Positions 1 to 10,100 are shown, counted from the stretch's first letter. The stretch is DNA of 64,000 bases from an uncultured Acidobacteriota bacterium (GCA_963773045.1 CAVYZT010000003.1:291191-355190), one strand, 5' to 3'. The notes: a model not told the origin generated them from the sequence alone. Program-made: numbers and translations.

Positions 1-222
1 CGCGCGAACAGCGACGGATCAGGAACGTTTTGATCGCGCTGGCCGCTGCGTTGCCGATCGTACGGCTGCTCCAAGTGCTGTTTCGTTGAGCCAGCATGAC
101 CTGGAACGGGCCGGAGCGGTGGATGTTGCGAACCTAGAACGGCCGGAACGGCCTCCGAAATTGCGAAAATCAACCACCTGCAACTGTCCAGAACGCTGAC
201 CTCTGCGGGAATCGCGGCTCGC

Positions 223-271
223 AACGTGGGAACAACTTGGGAACAATAGCGCCCGAACACCAGGCAACAGG
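223..271. repeat. 49-bp imperfect direct repeat, copy 1 (partner at 19657-19707)
   Basis: Hand alignment: aacGtgggaacaaCttgggaacaatagcgcccgaacaccAggCaaCagg vs aacTtgggaacaaTttgggaacaatagcgcccgaacaccGggTaaGagg. Same orientation, about 43/49 identical. Contains tandem ttgggaacaa x2. Confidence 0.6.
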
Positions 272-330
272 ACGAAGGTGGCCGGACCAGAAAGCAAGAC
301 GAGTCAACCACATCGTCTCTTCCGCCGAAT

Positions 331-374
331 CTGCAAAACCTCCATCCCCGGTTCAAATCCGGGCGGCGCCTCCA
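331..374 (+). tRNA. tRNA-Cys(GCA) 3' half only (anticodon loop to CCA); not a complete gene, likely att-type remnant
   Basis: ctgcaaaacctccatccccggttcaaatccgggcggcgcctcca aligns gap-free and at equal length with the last 44 nt of E. coli tRNA-Cys as I remember it. Matching parts: loop CU-GCA-AA, T-arm CCCGG/TTCAAAT/CCGGG, acceptor CGGCGCC, discriminator U, CCA. No 5' acceptor strand (GGCGCCG), D-arm or anticodon-stem partner lies upstream. Confidence 0.45.
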
Positions 375-394
375 TCCTTCGCTCTTTGATGCAG

Positions 395-446
395 GCGAAG
401 GATGTCCACCATAGCTCGAGGAATTCAGCGAGCGACGGTGGACCAC
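395..446 (+). repeat. Structured ~52-nt repeat, copy A (nested hairpin GTCCACC..GCTCG/CGAGC..GGTGGAC)
   Basis: gcgaaggatgtccaccatagctcgaggaattcagcgagcgacggtggaccac recurs at 500-554 with three small indels. Internal inverted repeats gtccacc/ggtggac and gctcg/cgagc. Confidence 0.55.
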
Positions 447-499
447 TGATCGGGCCGCCGAAGAGCTTCGGATGGCAAGCCAACCCTCTCTGAACTCAC

Positions 500-554
500 G
501 CGAAGGATGTCCACCATAGCTCGCGAGAATTCCAGGCGAGCGACGGTGGACCAC
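500..554 (+). repeat. Structured ~55-nt repeat, copy B
   Basis: gcgaaggatgtccaccatagctcgcgagaattccaggcgagcgacggtggaccac; same nested hairpin as copy A, 105 bp downstream. Confidence 0.55.
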
Positions 555-726
555 AGCGCCGACTGGGAGCTTGGGTTGGCAGGCCATCCTTAGGAAATCT
601 GCAGTTTTTCGTCGTCACTTCGCCGGCAGGAGCAGAGGCGCGAAAAACCTCTGTCCCTCTGCAGATTCTGGTGAAGCGATCCAGAGTCTTCAAAGGAATT
701 CCCTGACCTCGGTTTCGCGCACGAAC

Positions 727-1014
727 TCACGATGCGACTCGACTGTGCCCAAATTGTGCCCAGAACGGTCTGAAACTGGCGGCGTTCAGCTTTCGCGCGG
801 CCTCGACGAGGTCGCATTCGCTCAAGATGTTGTAGCGCTCGAACACCGACCGTGTCTTGTGGCCGGTCATCTGCATCGCTACACGCTTGGGGATTCCCGC
901 ACACACTAGGTTGCGCACGGCGGTCCGGCGCAGGTCATGCGGAATGCGACCGGGTAGACCGGCCTTCGCACATGCGGCTTTGAACGCCTCGATGAAGGCT
1001 TTGATCCGCTTGCC
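727..1014 (-). pseudogene. Tyrosine recombinase (phage-type integrase), C-terminal catalytic fragment only
   Basis: The minus frame reads KRIKAFIEAFKAACAKAGLPGRIPHDLRRTAVRNLVCAGIPKRVAMQMTGHKTRSVFERYNI..., i.e. the HxLRR and GH...ERY boxes of the integrase catalytic domain. An in-frame TAG (cta at 1015-1017) cuts off everything N-terminal. Confidence 0.7.
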
Positions 1015-1103
1015 CTACACCTTTGGCCCGGCCGAACGACGTTACCCAAGCAACGTCGGTGCGGACGGACCAGCTGAGACCTTGGCGCCTGGGACAAACA
1101 TCC

Positions 1104-3666
1104 CTACTGTTCGCGAAGAGCCTTCAATGGATCGGCCATTCCCGCGCGTAAGGCTGGCACAAACGCTGCGGCTACGCCGACGCCGAACAATGCTGCCCCT
1201 GCGGTAGCGAACGCGATGGGATCCAGCGCGCTGACATCGAAGAGAAACGATGACAGTAGTCGCGTGAGCATCGCCGCGCCCACGATGCCCGCAACAATCC
1301 CCGCTGACACCAGCATCGCACCGTGGCCGAGGACGTGCGCGATCACGCGTGAACTTGGAAGCCCGATGGCGATGCGAATCGCCCAGTCACGCCTTCGGCG
1401 AGTGGCAAAGTGCGTCATCACGCCGTAGACGCCCACTGCACCCAGGATGAGGGCCAAACCAGTCAGGAGAGAGAGCAACGAGACGACCTGGCGCGCTGGA
1501 CCGACGGACGTGTCGAGCACGCGGCGCATCGTCGTCGTCTGCTGCACCGCGGCGGCGGGAGCCACGCGTGCGATTGTGCGTCGCACCGGTTCGAGGAGCG
1601 ACGTCTCGGCGGCACCGGGCGCGGTGCGAAGGACGATTGACTGTGCGTCGTCGATCCAGGGGATCTGCGCCAACGCGACATACCGTACTGGCTCGGCCGC
1701 GTCGGTCAGACGTTTTTCAGCGGCGTCCGCCACGACCCCGACGATGCGCGAACGTCCCTGGTCAACGTCGCCGCCGATCGACCTGCCGATGGGATCGACT
1801 CCCGGGAAGTACTTCCGGGCAAATGCCTCGTTGATGACGACGACACGTTCGGCTTCGGTCCGGTCGTCGCCACTGATCGCGCGGCCCCGGCGAAGGGCGA
1901 AGCCAAGGCTCTCGAGATAGCCGGGCGTCACGATTCGGTATTCGGTGGCCGCGTTCTCGATCTCCGGGCGTTCGTCGATACGCAGGCCCGCCCTGTACCC
2001 GCCGCCGCGTAGCGGCAACTTCTGCCCCGCGCCGACGGAGGTCACGCCGGGAAGCTCACGCAGCGCCCGCTCGAGCTCGTCGAGCGTCTTCTCCCGGCTC
2101 GCACGATCAAGCGTGCTGTCGAACACCACGTCGACGACCGCGACGCCATCCACCCGCACGCCAGGTTGGACCGCGTACATGTTGGCGACACTGCGAGCGA
2201 GCAGCGCCGCACCTGAGGCGATCATCACAGCGAGCGCCACCTGCGTGACGACCAGTCCACTTTCCAACCGCCCGCCCCGTCCCTCGATTCCTCCCATCCG
2301 GGCTGCGCTCAAGACGCTGCGCAAGTCTCCTCGATACAGCGAGACGATGGGCACGAGGATGACGAGCGACGCCGCGATGACGGCGATGGCCATTGCCGAC
2401 GCGAACACGCGCCAATCTGGCGCCGTCGAGGCCCACGCCCCGAGCGGGAGCGCGTCCGTGACGACGGTGAAGCCGACCCACGCCAGGGCGGCGCCCAAGG
2501 TCCCCGCGACGGCCGCCACGATCAGCACCTCGACGATCAGCTGCTGCGCCAGTCGCTGCCGGTTCGCACCAAGCGCCGAACGAACCGCAAACTCGGCCGA
2601 CCGCGCGTCGACTTGCCCGAGCACCAGGGCTGCAACGTTGGCGCACCCGATCAAGAGGATCAGTGCGGTGGCGGCAAGCGTGGCGAGCAGCGCCGGTTGC
2701 ATGGGCCCGAGCACGTCGTCGCGCACCGGCGTGATCCGCCGGTCCTTCGTCTTGTCCCGCCGCGCGGGATAGTCGAAACGCTCGTCGAGCATCGCGGTCA
2801 GTTGCGAGAGTGGCGCGCTCCATCGCCCGAATGTCCTGATTGGGTGCCACGCGGCCAATGAGTGTGGAGTTCCAGCTGCGGGAGTCCGGCTCTCAGCGGC
2901 ACAGGCGTCCAGATGCGGACCGAGGGATCGGGAAACCAGAACCCGCGCGGCATCACGCCGATCACCGTGCGCGGACTGCCATCGAGCGTCACGTGTGTGC
3001 CGATGATGGACGGATTGCCGCCCAATTCCTGCCACAAGCCAAAACTGAGCAGGGCAACACGCTCGGCGCCCGGGACGTCGTCGCCCTCATGGAATCCACG
3101 TCCGAGGAAGGGAGCGGCGCCGAGCACGTCGAGGAGCTCGGACGATGCGGTGACACCAGGCACCAGGCGCGCTGGCCCTCCGCCGGCGCGGAGGATCGCG
3201 TCGCTCTGGCGATAGAGCGCCACCTGCGCGGAACCCAGGCGTCCGTCCGCGTATGTGCAGGTACTCTTCGTGCGTCCAGTCGGTCTTCATCCAGAACACG
3301 CCGAGCTCGCGTTCGTGCGCGTAGGGCAGCGGGCTCAGGAGCACGCCGTGCGCCACGCCGAATACGGCAGCTGTACCGCCGATGCCGAGGGCAAGCGTGA
3401 GCACCGAGAGCAGGGCGTACACGGGACGCCGCCGGAGGATACGAACGGCATACCAGCTGTCCTGCGCCAGTTGTTCCAACCGCTGCCATCGCCAGATCGC
3501 GCGCGTATCCTCCTTCACCAGGGCGACATTGCCGAACTTCAGCAGGGCCTGACGACGCGCCTCTTCTGGCGCCATTCCGCGATCGAGGTTGTCGCGCGTT
3601 TCTCGCTCGATGTGGTCGCGGATGTCGTCGTCGAGCGGTGTCCAGTACCCGTCGGCCGCGCTTCAT
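1104..3666 (-). pseudogene. ADOP-family duplicated ABC permease (MacB/FtsX-like), at least 4 apparent frameshifts
   Basis: ATG at 3666 lies 4 nt after the PadR stop. The protein is spread over ORFs 2989..3666 (first codons), 3087..3575 (DIRDHIERE..MAPEEARRQALLKFGN..SWYAVRILRRRP), 2798..3223 (periplasmic domain) and 1104..3035 (FtsX TM bundles, ..ALRAGMADPLKALREQ). Confidence 0.75.
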
Positions 3667-3670
3667 GACG

Positions 3671-4027
3671 TCATTTCTCCTGCGCGGCAGGGCGGAGGAT
3701 TCGCCCGACGGCTGCGGCGAGCGTGTCCCACTTGCTGGTTTCGATCTCGAGTTGCTTCCGGCCCTTCGCGGTCAGTCGATAGAACTTGGCGCGCCGGTTG
3801 TTCTCGGAGGTGCCGTCATCGAACGTAATCCAGCCACGTTTGATCAGCCGGTGAAGGGCTGGATAGAGCGAGCCCTGCTCCACCAGGAGCACGTCATCCG
3901 AGCCATGTTCGATCGCTTTCGCGATCGCATGGCCGTGCGCGGGTCCCCACCGCAGCGTGCGCAGAATCAGGAGGTCGAGTGTGCCCTGCAGGAGTTCGAC
4001 GCGGCCCTGGTCGCTTCTAGTAGGCAT
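3671..4027 (-). CDS. PadR family transcriptional regulator
   Basis: 118-aa ORF with [54 protein letters not shown] (winged-helix PadR signature). Sits directly upstream of a permease, as in acidobacterial PadR-ADOP pairs. Confidence 0.85.
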   Translation of the reverse strand: MPTRSDQGRVELLQGTLDLLILRTLRWGPAHGHAIAKAIEHGSDDVLLVEQGSLYPALHRLIKRGWITFDDGTSENNRRAKFYRLTAKGRKQLEIETSKWDTLAAAVGRILRPAAQEK

Positions 4028-4175
4028 TCTAGGTGGCGACGTTACACCGCTTCACCTAGAACGTCAAGGTGTGCGACTTGCAGCCTGTCCGAGCGCTCCG
4101 TGTCCCGATGCTCGCTGTCGCCACGACGTCGATCGCAAGCTGCTGATGGCGGGGACGCCGACGGCCTGAAACGGT

Positions 4176-6854
4176 TTATGCCTGTCGCAATGTGCGCATG
4201 GGATCGACCTTCGCTGCGCGCGCGGCGGGAATCCACGCCGCCAGCAGGCACACCGCCACGATCAGGCCGAGGCTCGCGAGGTAGGCCACCGGATCCGTGA
4301 CGTGCACGATTTGCGAGATCAGCGCGCCGAACGGCGTCGCCAACACCGCGGTCGCGAGCGCTGCGGCAAGCGCTGCGCCCGCGATCAGGCCGGCCATCAC
4401 CGGCCGCGTCGTCTGGCCGAGCACCAATTGCATCACCGTGCGCGGCGAGGCGCCGAGCGCCATTCGTAGGCCGATCTCCCGGGTTCGCTGCTCGACCAGA
4501 TACGAGAGCACGCTGAACAACCCCGATACCGTCAGCAACAAGGCGAGCCCGCCGAGCATGAGCGACACCCAGAAGGCGGTCTGCAGGAAGAACGTCTCGG
4601 TCCTCGCCACCGAGCGCATGGTGATGATCGTCCCCATGTTCGGATCGATCTTTGTCAGGCGGTCGAGCAGCGCTTGCCGCGCCAGGTTCGGCTCGCCCTG
4701 CACGCGGGCCACCATGGAGGTGTTCTCTACATCGAGGCCTGTGGGAAGAAACACGCCGGCCTCCTTGATGCCAGTAAAGCGCAATCCGGGCACATCTCGA
4801 GCGACCCCAACCACCGTGACCATCCGCGCCTGCACCAGCCCGTTATCGGCGGCCGCACGCGGATTGATCCTCAGGAGCCCGCTGGGCGCCTGGACGCCGG
4901 CATCGGGTTCGAGCCTGAAGCTCTCGCCCACCCCCCTACCATCGGGCCACAACGCGCGCGCCACGGATTCGGAGACGATCGCCACCGGATGATGGTCGCG
5001 TTCCGAGGGCATGAACGCGCGCCCGCGCACGATGGGAATGTCGAGCACATCGAAGTACGATCCCGAAACGGCTTTCAACGCCACCCGCGTCTTGCCGGCG
5101 CCGGAGCCGGTGTCGGCAAAGGCAACGCGCAACGGGGCGAGCAACTGCGGCCTGACGGCAGCGGATACGGTGATCGTCGCGTCGCTCGTTACTGCCTGGA
5201 TCATCGCTGCGCGCTTCTCCTCGCTGTCAATGTCGATCAACACCGTATCGGCAGTGCGTAAACCCGGATCGAATCGAGCAGAGGCGATTGCGCTGCGGAG
5301 AAAGACGGCCGCGCAGATCAGCAGCAGCGCCGACGCGAACACCTGTACGCCGATCAGCGCGTTGCGCGCCCGACCCGGCCGCGCGTCTTTTACCAACTCC
5401 CCGCGCAGCGTCCGCATTGGGTCGATCGCCGTCGCGTGCAGTGCGGGCATCAGCGCGAAAACCCCGGTCGCCGCCACCGCGCCGACCACGAGAAACACCG
5501 CGACTCGCCAATCGGCCGCCGGCACGTTGAGGTTGACGTCGCCGATATCGACCGGCATCGTCCGCAGCGCCCAGTACACCGCGCCCTCCAGCGCGAGGCG
5601 CGAGATGAGGTAACCGCCCGCAGCCGCGGCCAGCGCCAGCAGCACGCTCTCGGTCATCAGCTGGCGGACAATGCGCCGCCGCGATGCGCCAAGCGAGAGT
5701 CGAATGCCGATCTCCCGCTGCCGCGCCACGCCCCGCGCCAGCAACAGGTTGGCGACGTTGGCGCACCCGATCATCAGGATCAATCCGAAGGCGACGAAGA
5801 GCGGCGCGAAGACCGCAATCGCTTCCAGCGGCTGCGGGACGGTACCGCGTCGCGGCAGCAGGTCGAGGTTCGTGGAGCGGCGGTCGGGGGTATCCGCCGA
5901 TTGGTTGGAATCCCAGGCGGCTAATTGCGCGCGAGCGTTGTCCTTCGACACGTCCGGTCTAAGCCGGCCAACGATCTCCACGCCGGCGGCCTCCTCGCGG
6001 CCGCGATCGGCCGGACGGAATTGCCCCAGCTGCGACAAAGGCGCCCACGCGTCGGGGCCGCCTACCTCCAGGCCCCGGAAGCCAGCGGCGGTGACGCCGA
6101 TGATCTCGAACGGCGCACCGTTGACGAGCACTGTCCGGCCGAGCACGTTCGGGTCCCGATTGAAATGTCGATCCCACCCCTTGTGGCTCAGGACGATCAC
6201 CGCGTGGCCGCCCGAACGCGCGTCATCGGCCGGCATGAAGGCGCGTCCCATGACAGGATTGACCCGAACGACCTGGAAGAAATTCCCGGTGACGAGCGTG
6301 ACCGCCATCCTCCGTCCGTCGACGTAAAGAACGATCTCTGGCACGGTCGCGTAGGCGTCTGTGAAGACATGCGTGTCGGCTCGCATCGCCTCGAAGATCG
6401 GACGCGTCAGCAGCGAGCTATCGCCGTTGCCCAGCTGGGTCCGCTCGACCGCGTACATCTCGCGGATGTCGGGCACCTGGTCGACGCGGAAGATGAGTGT
6501 ATTGAGAACCGTGAACAGCACCGCCACCACGCCAAGTCCGATGGCCACTGTCACGACGATCGTGCATGCGGCGAGCGGCGCCTTGGCGAAGGCCCGCAAC
6601 GCGTACTGAACGTCGCGAATGGTGTTGTCGATGACCGCGGTACCGCGTTCGTCGCGACACCGATCGGCCGCCAGCGCCGTCGATCCAAAGCGCGCCTGCG
6701 CGCGTTCGCGTGCCTCTGCCGGCGTCAAGCCTTCATCGATCAGCTTTCTGGCTTCGCGCTCGATGTGGAAGGCGAGCTCCTCCTCGAGCTCCTGCTCGAC
6801 GCGGTTGGGCCTGAGCAACGCACGTGCCCTCAGTTTCAGGTCGTTGAGTGTCAT
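4176..6854 (-). CDS. ADOP-family duplicated ABC permease (MacB/FtsX-like), intact
   Basis: Real start is MTLNDLKLRARALLRPNRVEQELEEELAFHIE (ATG 6854, overlapping the PadR stop as ATGA), not the 7499 ORF start. About 892 aa with two MacB-periplasmic + FtsX halves; ends ..AARAAKVDPMRTLRQA. Confidence 0.85.
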   Translation of the reverse strand: MTLNDLKLRARALLRPNRVEQELEEELAFHIEREARKLIDEGLTPAEARERAQARFGSTALAADRCRDERGTAVIDNTIRDVQYALRAFAKAPLAACTIVVTVAIGLGVVAVLFTVLNTLIFRVDQVPDIREMYAVERTQLGNGDSSLLTRPIFEAMRADTHVFTDAYATVPEIVLYVDGRRMAVTLVTGNFFQVVRVNPVMGRAFMPADDARSGGHAVIVLSHKGWDRHFNRDPNVLGRTVLVNGAPFEIIGVTAAGFRGLEVGGPDAWAPLSQLGQFRPADRGREEAAGVEIVGRLRPDVSKDNARAQLAAWDSNQSADTPDRRSTNLDLLPRRGTVPQPLEAIAVFAPLFVAFGLILMIGCANVANLLLARGVARQREIGIRLSLGASRRRIVRQLMTESVLLALAAAAGGYLISRLALEGAVYWALRTMPVDIGDVNLNVPAADWRVAVFLVVGAVAATGVFALMPALHATAIDPMRTLRGELVKDARPGRARNALIGVQVFASALLLICAAVFLRSAIASARFDPGLRTADTVLIDIDSEEKRAAMIQAVTSDATITVSAAVRPQLLAPLRVAFADTGSGAGKTRVALKAVSGSYFDVLDIPIVRGRAFMPSERDHHPVAIVSESVARALWPDGRGVGESFRLEPDAGVQAPSGLLRINPRAAADNGLVQARMVTVVGVARDVPGLRFTGIKEAGVFLPTGLDVENTSMVARVQGEPNLARQALLDRLTKIDPNMGTIITMRSVARTETFFLQTAFWVSLMLGGLALLLTVSGLFSVLSYLVEQRTREIGLRMALGASPRTVMQLVLGQTTRPVMAGLIAGAALAAALATAVLATPFGALISQIVHVTDPVAYLASLGLIVAVCLLAAWIPAARAAKVDPMRTLRQA

Positions 6855-7198
6855 GCGAATTTCATCACGCGGCCGATGGCGTGTGCCATGCGCTCCCAGT
6901 CCCGCGCTTCGACCGCGAGTTGACGGCGGCCCGACGCGGTGAGGTGGTAATACTTGGCGCGGCGGCCCAGCTCCGAGACTTTCCACTCGGCCTCGATCCA
7001 GCCCTGGTGCTCGAGACGATGGAGGGCCGGATAGAGCGAGCCCTGGTTGATCTGCAGGACGTCTCGCGAAATCTGCTGGATGCGCTCGGAGATGGCCCAG
7101 CCGTGCAGGGCATCCTTCTGCAGCGTGCGCAGGATCAGCAGATCGAGCGTGCCGGGCAGCACATCGGGCGTTCGCGTCATGGTGTAGACCGTCGACAT
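6851..7198 (-). CDS. PadR family transcriptional regulator
   Basis: 115 aa with [60 protein letters not shown]. Confidence 0.85.
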   Translation of the reverse strand: MSTVYTMTRTPDVLPGTLDLLILRTLQKDALHGWAISERIQQISRDVLQINQGSLYPALHRLEHQGWIEAEWKVSELGRRAKYYHLTASGRRQLAVEARDWERMAHAIGRVMKFA

Positions 7199-7502
7199 TA
7201 TAAATTGTTGGTGTCGGCTGCCAACACCAAGCCTGCTTGCGATGAGACGAGCACGATATCGCGGAGGTTCCAGCGGCCGCCGGTGCGATCAAGCTTCGAC
7301 GCGAGCAACAGCACTCTTGCCTGAACGAATTCCGCGCGAACCTCGGCCGGATATTACGACCCTCAGGAATTACTTTCGAGACGATCGCCGGCGTCGCGTT
7401 GCTCCCGCACCTCAAGATGACGCGCGCCATAGACGCGGTCGGCGCTTGCGGCATCTGCGTGGGCGAGAGCGGCGGCTGACCTCCTGAAGAGCATGCCAAA
7501 CC

Positions 7503-8454
7503 TCAAATTGTTTGTCTGCCGTGCAGCGAAGGCGTCTCGCCGCCGCGCGGAGCCCTCACCTCGACCCCGACCAGAAAGTCCCGAATGGCCGCAGCGATTT
7601 CGCCGCAGTGCGTCTCGAGAGCGAAGTGTCCCGTGTCAAAGAACGTGACCTTCGCGTCGTTGATGTCACGCTTGAAAGCCTCTGCGCCTGCGGGCAGGAA
7701 GAACGGGTCTCCGTCGCCCCAGACGGCCAGCAGTGGAGGCTGGTGCTGGCGAAAGTACCTCTTGGAACCTCGGATACATATCGACGTTGCTCACGTAGTC
7801 GAGGAACAGGTCCAGCTGCGCCTCATGCGCGCCGGGTCTGGTCATGTAGTAGTTGTCCAGGTTGTAGCCGTCCGGCGAAACCAGGGACGTGTCCTTGACG
7901 CCGGTCGTGTACTGCCTGTACGTCGCCTCGGGCGTCAGAAGCTTACGTAACGCGTCCCGGTTGGCCTGCGTCGGCTCCTTCCAGTACCTGCGGATGGGAT
8001 CCCAACCGTCACTCAGGCCCTCGACGTAGGCGTTGCCGTTCTGAGTGATGATGGCCGTCACCCGCTCCGGGTGTTCCACCGCCATCCGCAGTCCCGTGGG
8101 TGAGCCATAGTCGAAAACGTAGAGGGCGAAGCGATGGAGATTGAGCACCTCGGTGAAACGCGCGGTCACCTTCGCCAAATTCGAAAACGTGTACTTGAAC
8201 TGCTCACGCGAGGGCAGATCGGACTGCCCGAAGCCAGGCAGGTCCGGCGCAACGACTCTGTACCGGTCGGCTAGCTTTGGGATCAGATCCCGAAACATGT
8301 GACTCGAGGTCGGGAAGCCGTGCAGCAACAGCAGCGCGGGTCCGCTCGCGGGTCCCGCTTCTCGATAGGCTACGCTGAAGCCGTCGACATCGACCCGGTT
8401 GTACTTGATGGCGCTCATCTTCATTTCCTTTCCGGCGTTGATTGTGTCCTTCAT
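7503..8454 (-). CDS. Alpha/beta hydrolase (haloalkane dehalogenase/epoxide hydrolase-like fold), one apparent frameshift near 7757
   Basis: ORF 7666..8454 (..LLLLHGFPTSSHMFR..DLPGFGQSD..FDYGSPTG..) loses frame at ..YPRFQE. Removing one base (CC run 7757-7758) continues YFRQHQPPLLAVWGDGDPFFLPAGAEAFKRDI..TGHFALETH.. to the stop at 7503-7505. The likelier start is ATG 8418 (AAGGA 7 nt upstream). Confidence 0.7.
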
Positions 8455-8580
8455 GATTTGAACGCGTTCAGTTCGGAATGTGCACGCGCTCGTTCCAGCA
8501 ATGTGCCGACATATGTCTCCGAGGACACGTCCCCATTGCGAATGGCACGCGCTGCATCCGCGAGCCGAGTTCGTGGAGGC
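8451..8580 (-). pseudogene. Possible amidase N-terminal stub (about 40 codons)
   Basis: The tail of ORF 8451..8711 reads LADAARAIRNGDVSSETYVGTLLERARAHSELNAF then KS-stop. This resembles the N-terminal helix of amidase-signature enzymes. No start codon or catalytic region is present. Confidence 0.3.
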
Positions 8581-8583
8581 CGA

Positions 8584-9090
8584 TCATCGCGCGGCCATCT
8601 CGAGCAGGCGCTCGACCTTCGCATCCAAATCCCTGGCGACGACGAGAGCGGCCTCATGACCGTAAGGTGCGAGGAGGCTCGCCATCGAGTCGTAGGACAG
8701 GTGCACGCCATCGGCGCGCTCGTCGATGAGAATCGTCACCGGTGCGTACGACGCCGCATCGGGAACGTCCTTCGCCATTTCCTTCATGATGAGTGGATTC
8801 CCGACCACGAGGCGGAGCATCCTGGGTCCCTGGCCGCCGCGCTCTTTGCGCAGAACATCGCCGGAGTCGAAGCGCATGAACTCCATCAGATCCGACGCTC
8901 CAATCGCCCCGTGCACGACGGCCTCCAGCTCGGCGGCCGTCGCAGCGGCGGCAACCGCGTTGTGGAATGCCTTCATCTCGGGATGACCGATGGTCAACGT
9001 GAACCTTCGCACGATGTCTTCGAATGGTTTCTGGGACACCACGCTGATTCTTCGAACCGCGACATCGATGGCAGTCATTTGTTCCTCCAA
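8584..9090 (-). CDS. DUF302 domain protein
   Basis: 168-aa ORF; ..RLVVGNPLIMKEMAKDVPDAASYAPVTILIDERADGVHLSYDSMASLL.. matches my memory of DUF302. Confidence 0.7.
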   Translation of the reverse strand: MEEQMTAIDVAVRRISVVSQKPFEDIVRRFTLTIGHPEMKAFHNAVAAAATAAELEAVVHGAIGASDLMEFMRFDSGDVLRKERGGQGPRMLRLVVGNPLIMKEMAKDVPDAASYAPVTILIDERADGVHLSYDSMASLLAPYGHEAALVVARDLDAKVERLLEMAAR

Positions 9091-9098
9091 CTTCCGGA

Positions 9099-10100
9099 TT
9101 AGACAACCGCGGTGAGCACATCGCCGGCCGGTTGCTCAGCGCGTGTTCTTGGATATGCATCGCGTTCGTGAACGTGCGCGGTGGGGGTGCGATCGACCAG
9201 GAGACTTAGCAACTCAGGCCGGCTGTAATGGCCGCGCGAGTCCATCACTTGCTTGCGCTTTTCGATCAACGTGAAGTCGAGGTCGGCGATCACGATGCCC
9301 TCACCCGAGCGAATCGGCTCGCAGAGCAAGGAGCTGTCAGGCGCAACGATCGCGGTAAAGCACCCGCTCGAGATGGCGCCGATGGCGCCGCCCGTGTCCT
9401 TGACGATTTGCGCCTGCTGATCGGGATCCAGCCAGCCGCTCGCGCAGACGACGAAGCACGCAGACTCCAGCGCATGCTGCCGGATGTTGACCTGCGTCTG
9501 CTCGGAAAACAGGTCGCCAAAGATCGAGCCCGGGTACATCGCGGAGTGGATCTGCTCGCCGTCGGCCATCATCGCGTAGCGCGCCAGCGGGTTGTAATGC
9601 TCCCAACACGCCAACTGACCAATGCGGCCCACCGCGCTGTCGACGGCGCGCAGACCCGAGCCGTCGCCCTGGCCCCAGACCATGCGCTCGTGATACGTCG
9701 GCGTGATCTTGCGGCGCCGCTGAATCAGCGTGCCGTCGGCGTCGAAGAGCAGCTGCGTGTTGTACAGCGTTCCGCCGTCGCGCTCGTTGACGCCGATGGA
9801 CACGACCACGCCAGCCTCTTTGCAGGCGTCGCCGATCGCGTGGGTCGTGGGCGACGGCACCGTCACGGCCTGCTCGAGCAGTCGCAGGTGCTCGCGTCCG
9901 CCAACAATCTGATATGCGGGCTGGAGAAACGAAAAATACGGGTAGTACGGCACCACGGTCTCAGGAAACGTGGCGAACTGCACCCCTTGACGGCCAAGCT
10001 CGTGGATCGTGCGCACGATCTTGTCGACGGTTCCCTCGCGGCTATAGAGGACCGGGCTCAGTTGTCCTGCGGCCGCTTTCACAACTCTCATGGCAGTCAC
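9099..10100 (-). CDS. Nitrilase (carbon-nitrogen hydrolase superfamily)
   Basis: 333 aa. Glu-Lys-Cys triad context is visible: [34 protein letters not shown]. Confidence 0.85.
   Translation of the reverse strand: MTAMRVVKAAAGQLSPVLYSREGTVDKIVRTIHELGRQGVQFATFPETVVPYYPYFSFLQPAYQIVGGREHLRLLEQAVTVPSPTTHAIGDACKEAGVVVSIGVNERDGGTLYNTQLLFDADGTLIQRRRKITPTYHERMVWGQGDGSGLRAVDSAVGRIGQLACWEHYNPLARYAMMADGEQIHSAMYPGSIFGDLFSEQTQVNIRQHALESACFVVCASGWLDPDQQAQIVKDTGGAIGAISSGCFTAIVAPDSSLLCEPIRSGEGIVIADLDFTLIEKRKQVMDSRGHYSRPELLSLLVDRTPTAHVHERDAYPRTRAEQPAGDVLTAVV

Noticed and set aside
181-249. Plus-strand coding region ending ..NVGTTWEQ-stop, parallel to the phosphatase C-terminus ..NLGTIWEQ-stop
   Set aside because: In copy 1 the frame is closed by stops only about 20 codons upstream (tga at 31-33 and again near 95-97 in the same frame), and nothing resembles a gene. 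The shared peptide simply reflects nucleotide identity of the repeat.
278-374. A complete long tRNA (tRNA-Sec-like length) ending at the CCA at 372-374
   Set aside because: The candidate 5' strand ggtggccg pairs with the 3' acceptor at only 5 of 8 positions. There is no 7-nt UCA anticodon loop, no D-arm, and the anticodon-stem partner for ACCTC is absent. Only the 3' 44 nt are tRNA-like.
19-374. tmRNA (tRNA-like 3' end preceded by about 350 nt)
   Set aside because: The discriminator is U, not A. There is no GGGG-type 5' end complementary to the acceptor strand and no tag reading frame ending in ..AA-stop. The 3' end matches tRNA-Cys instead.
395-554. CRISPR array
   Set aside because: There are only two repeat copies, each is an extended nested hairpin of about 52 nt, the 'spacer' is 53 nt, and no cas genes are present anywhere in the window.
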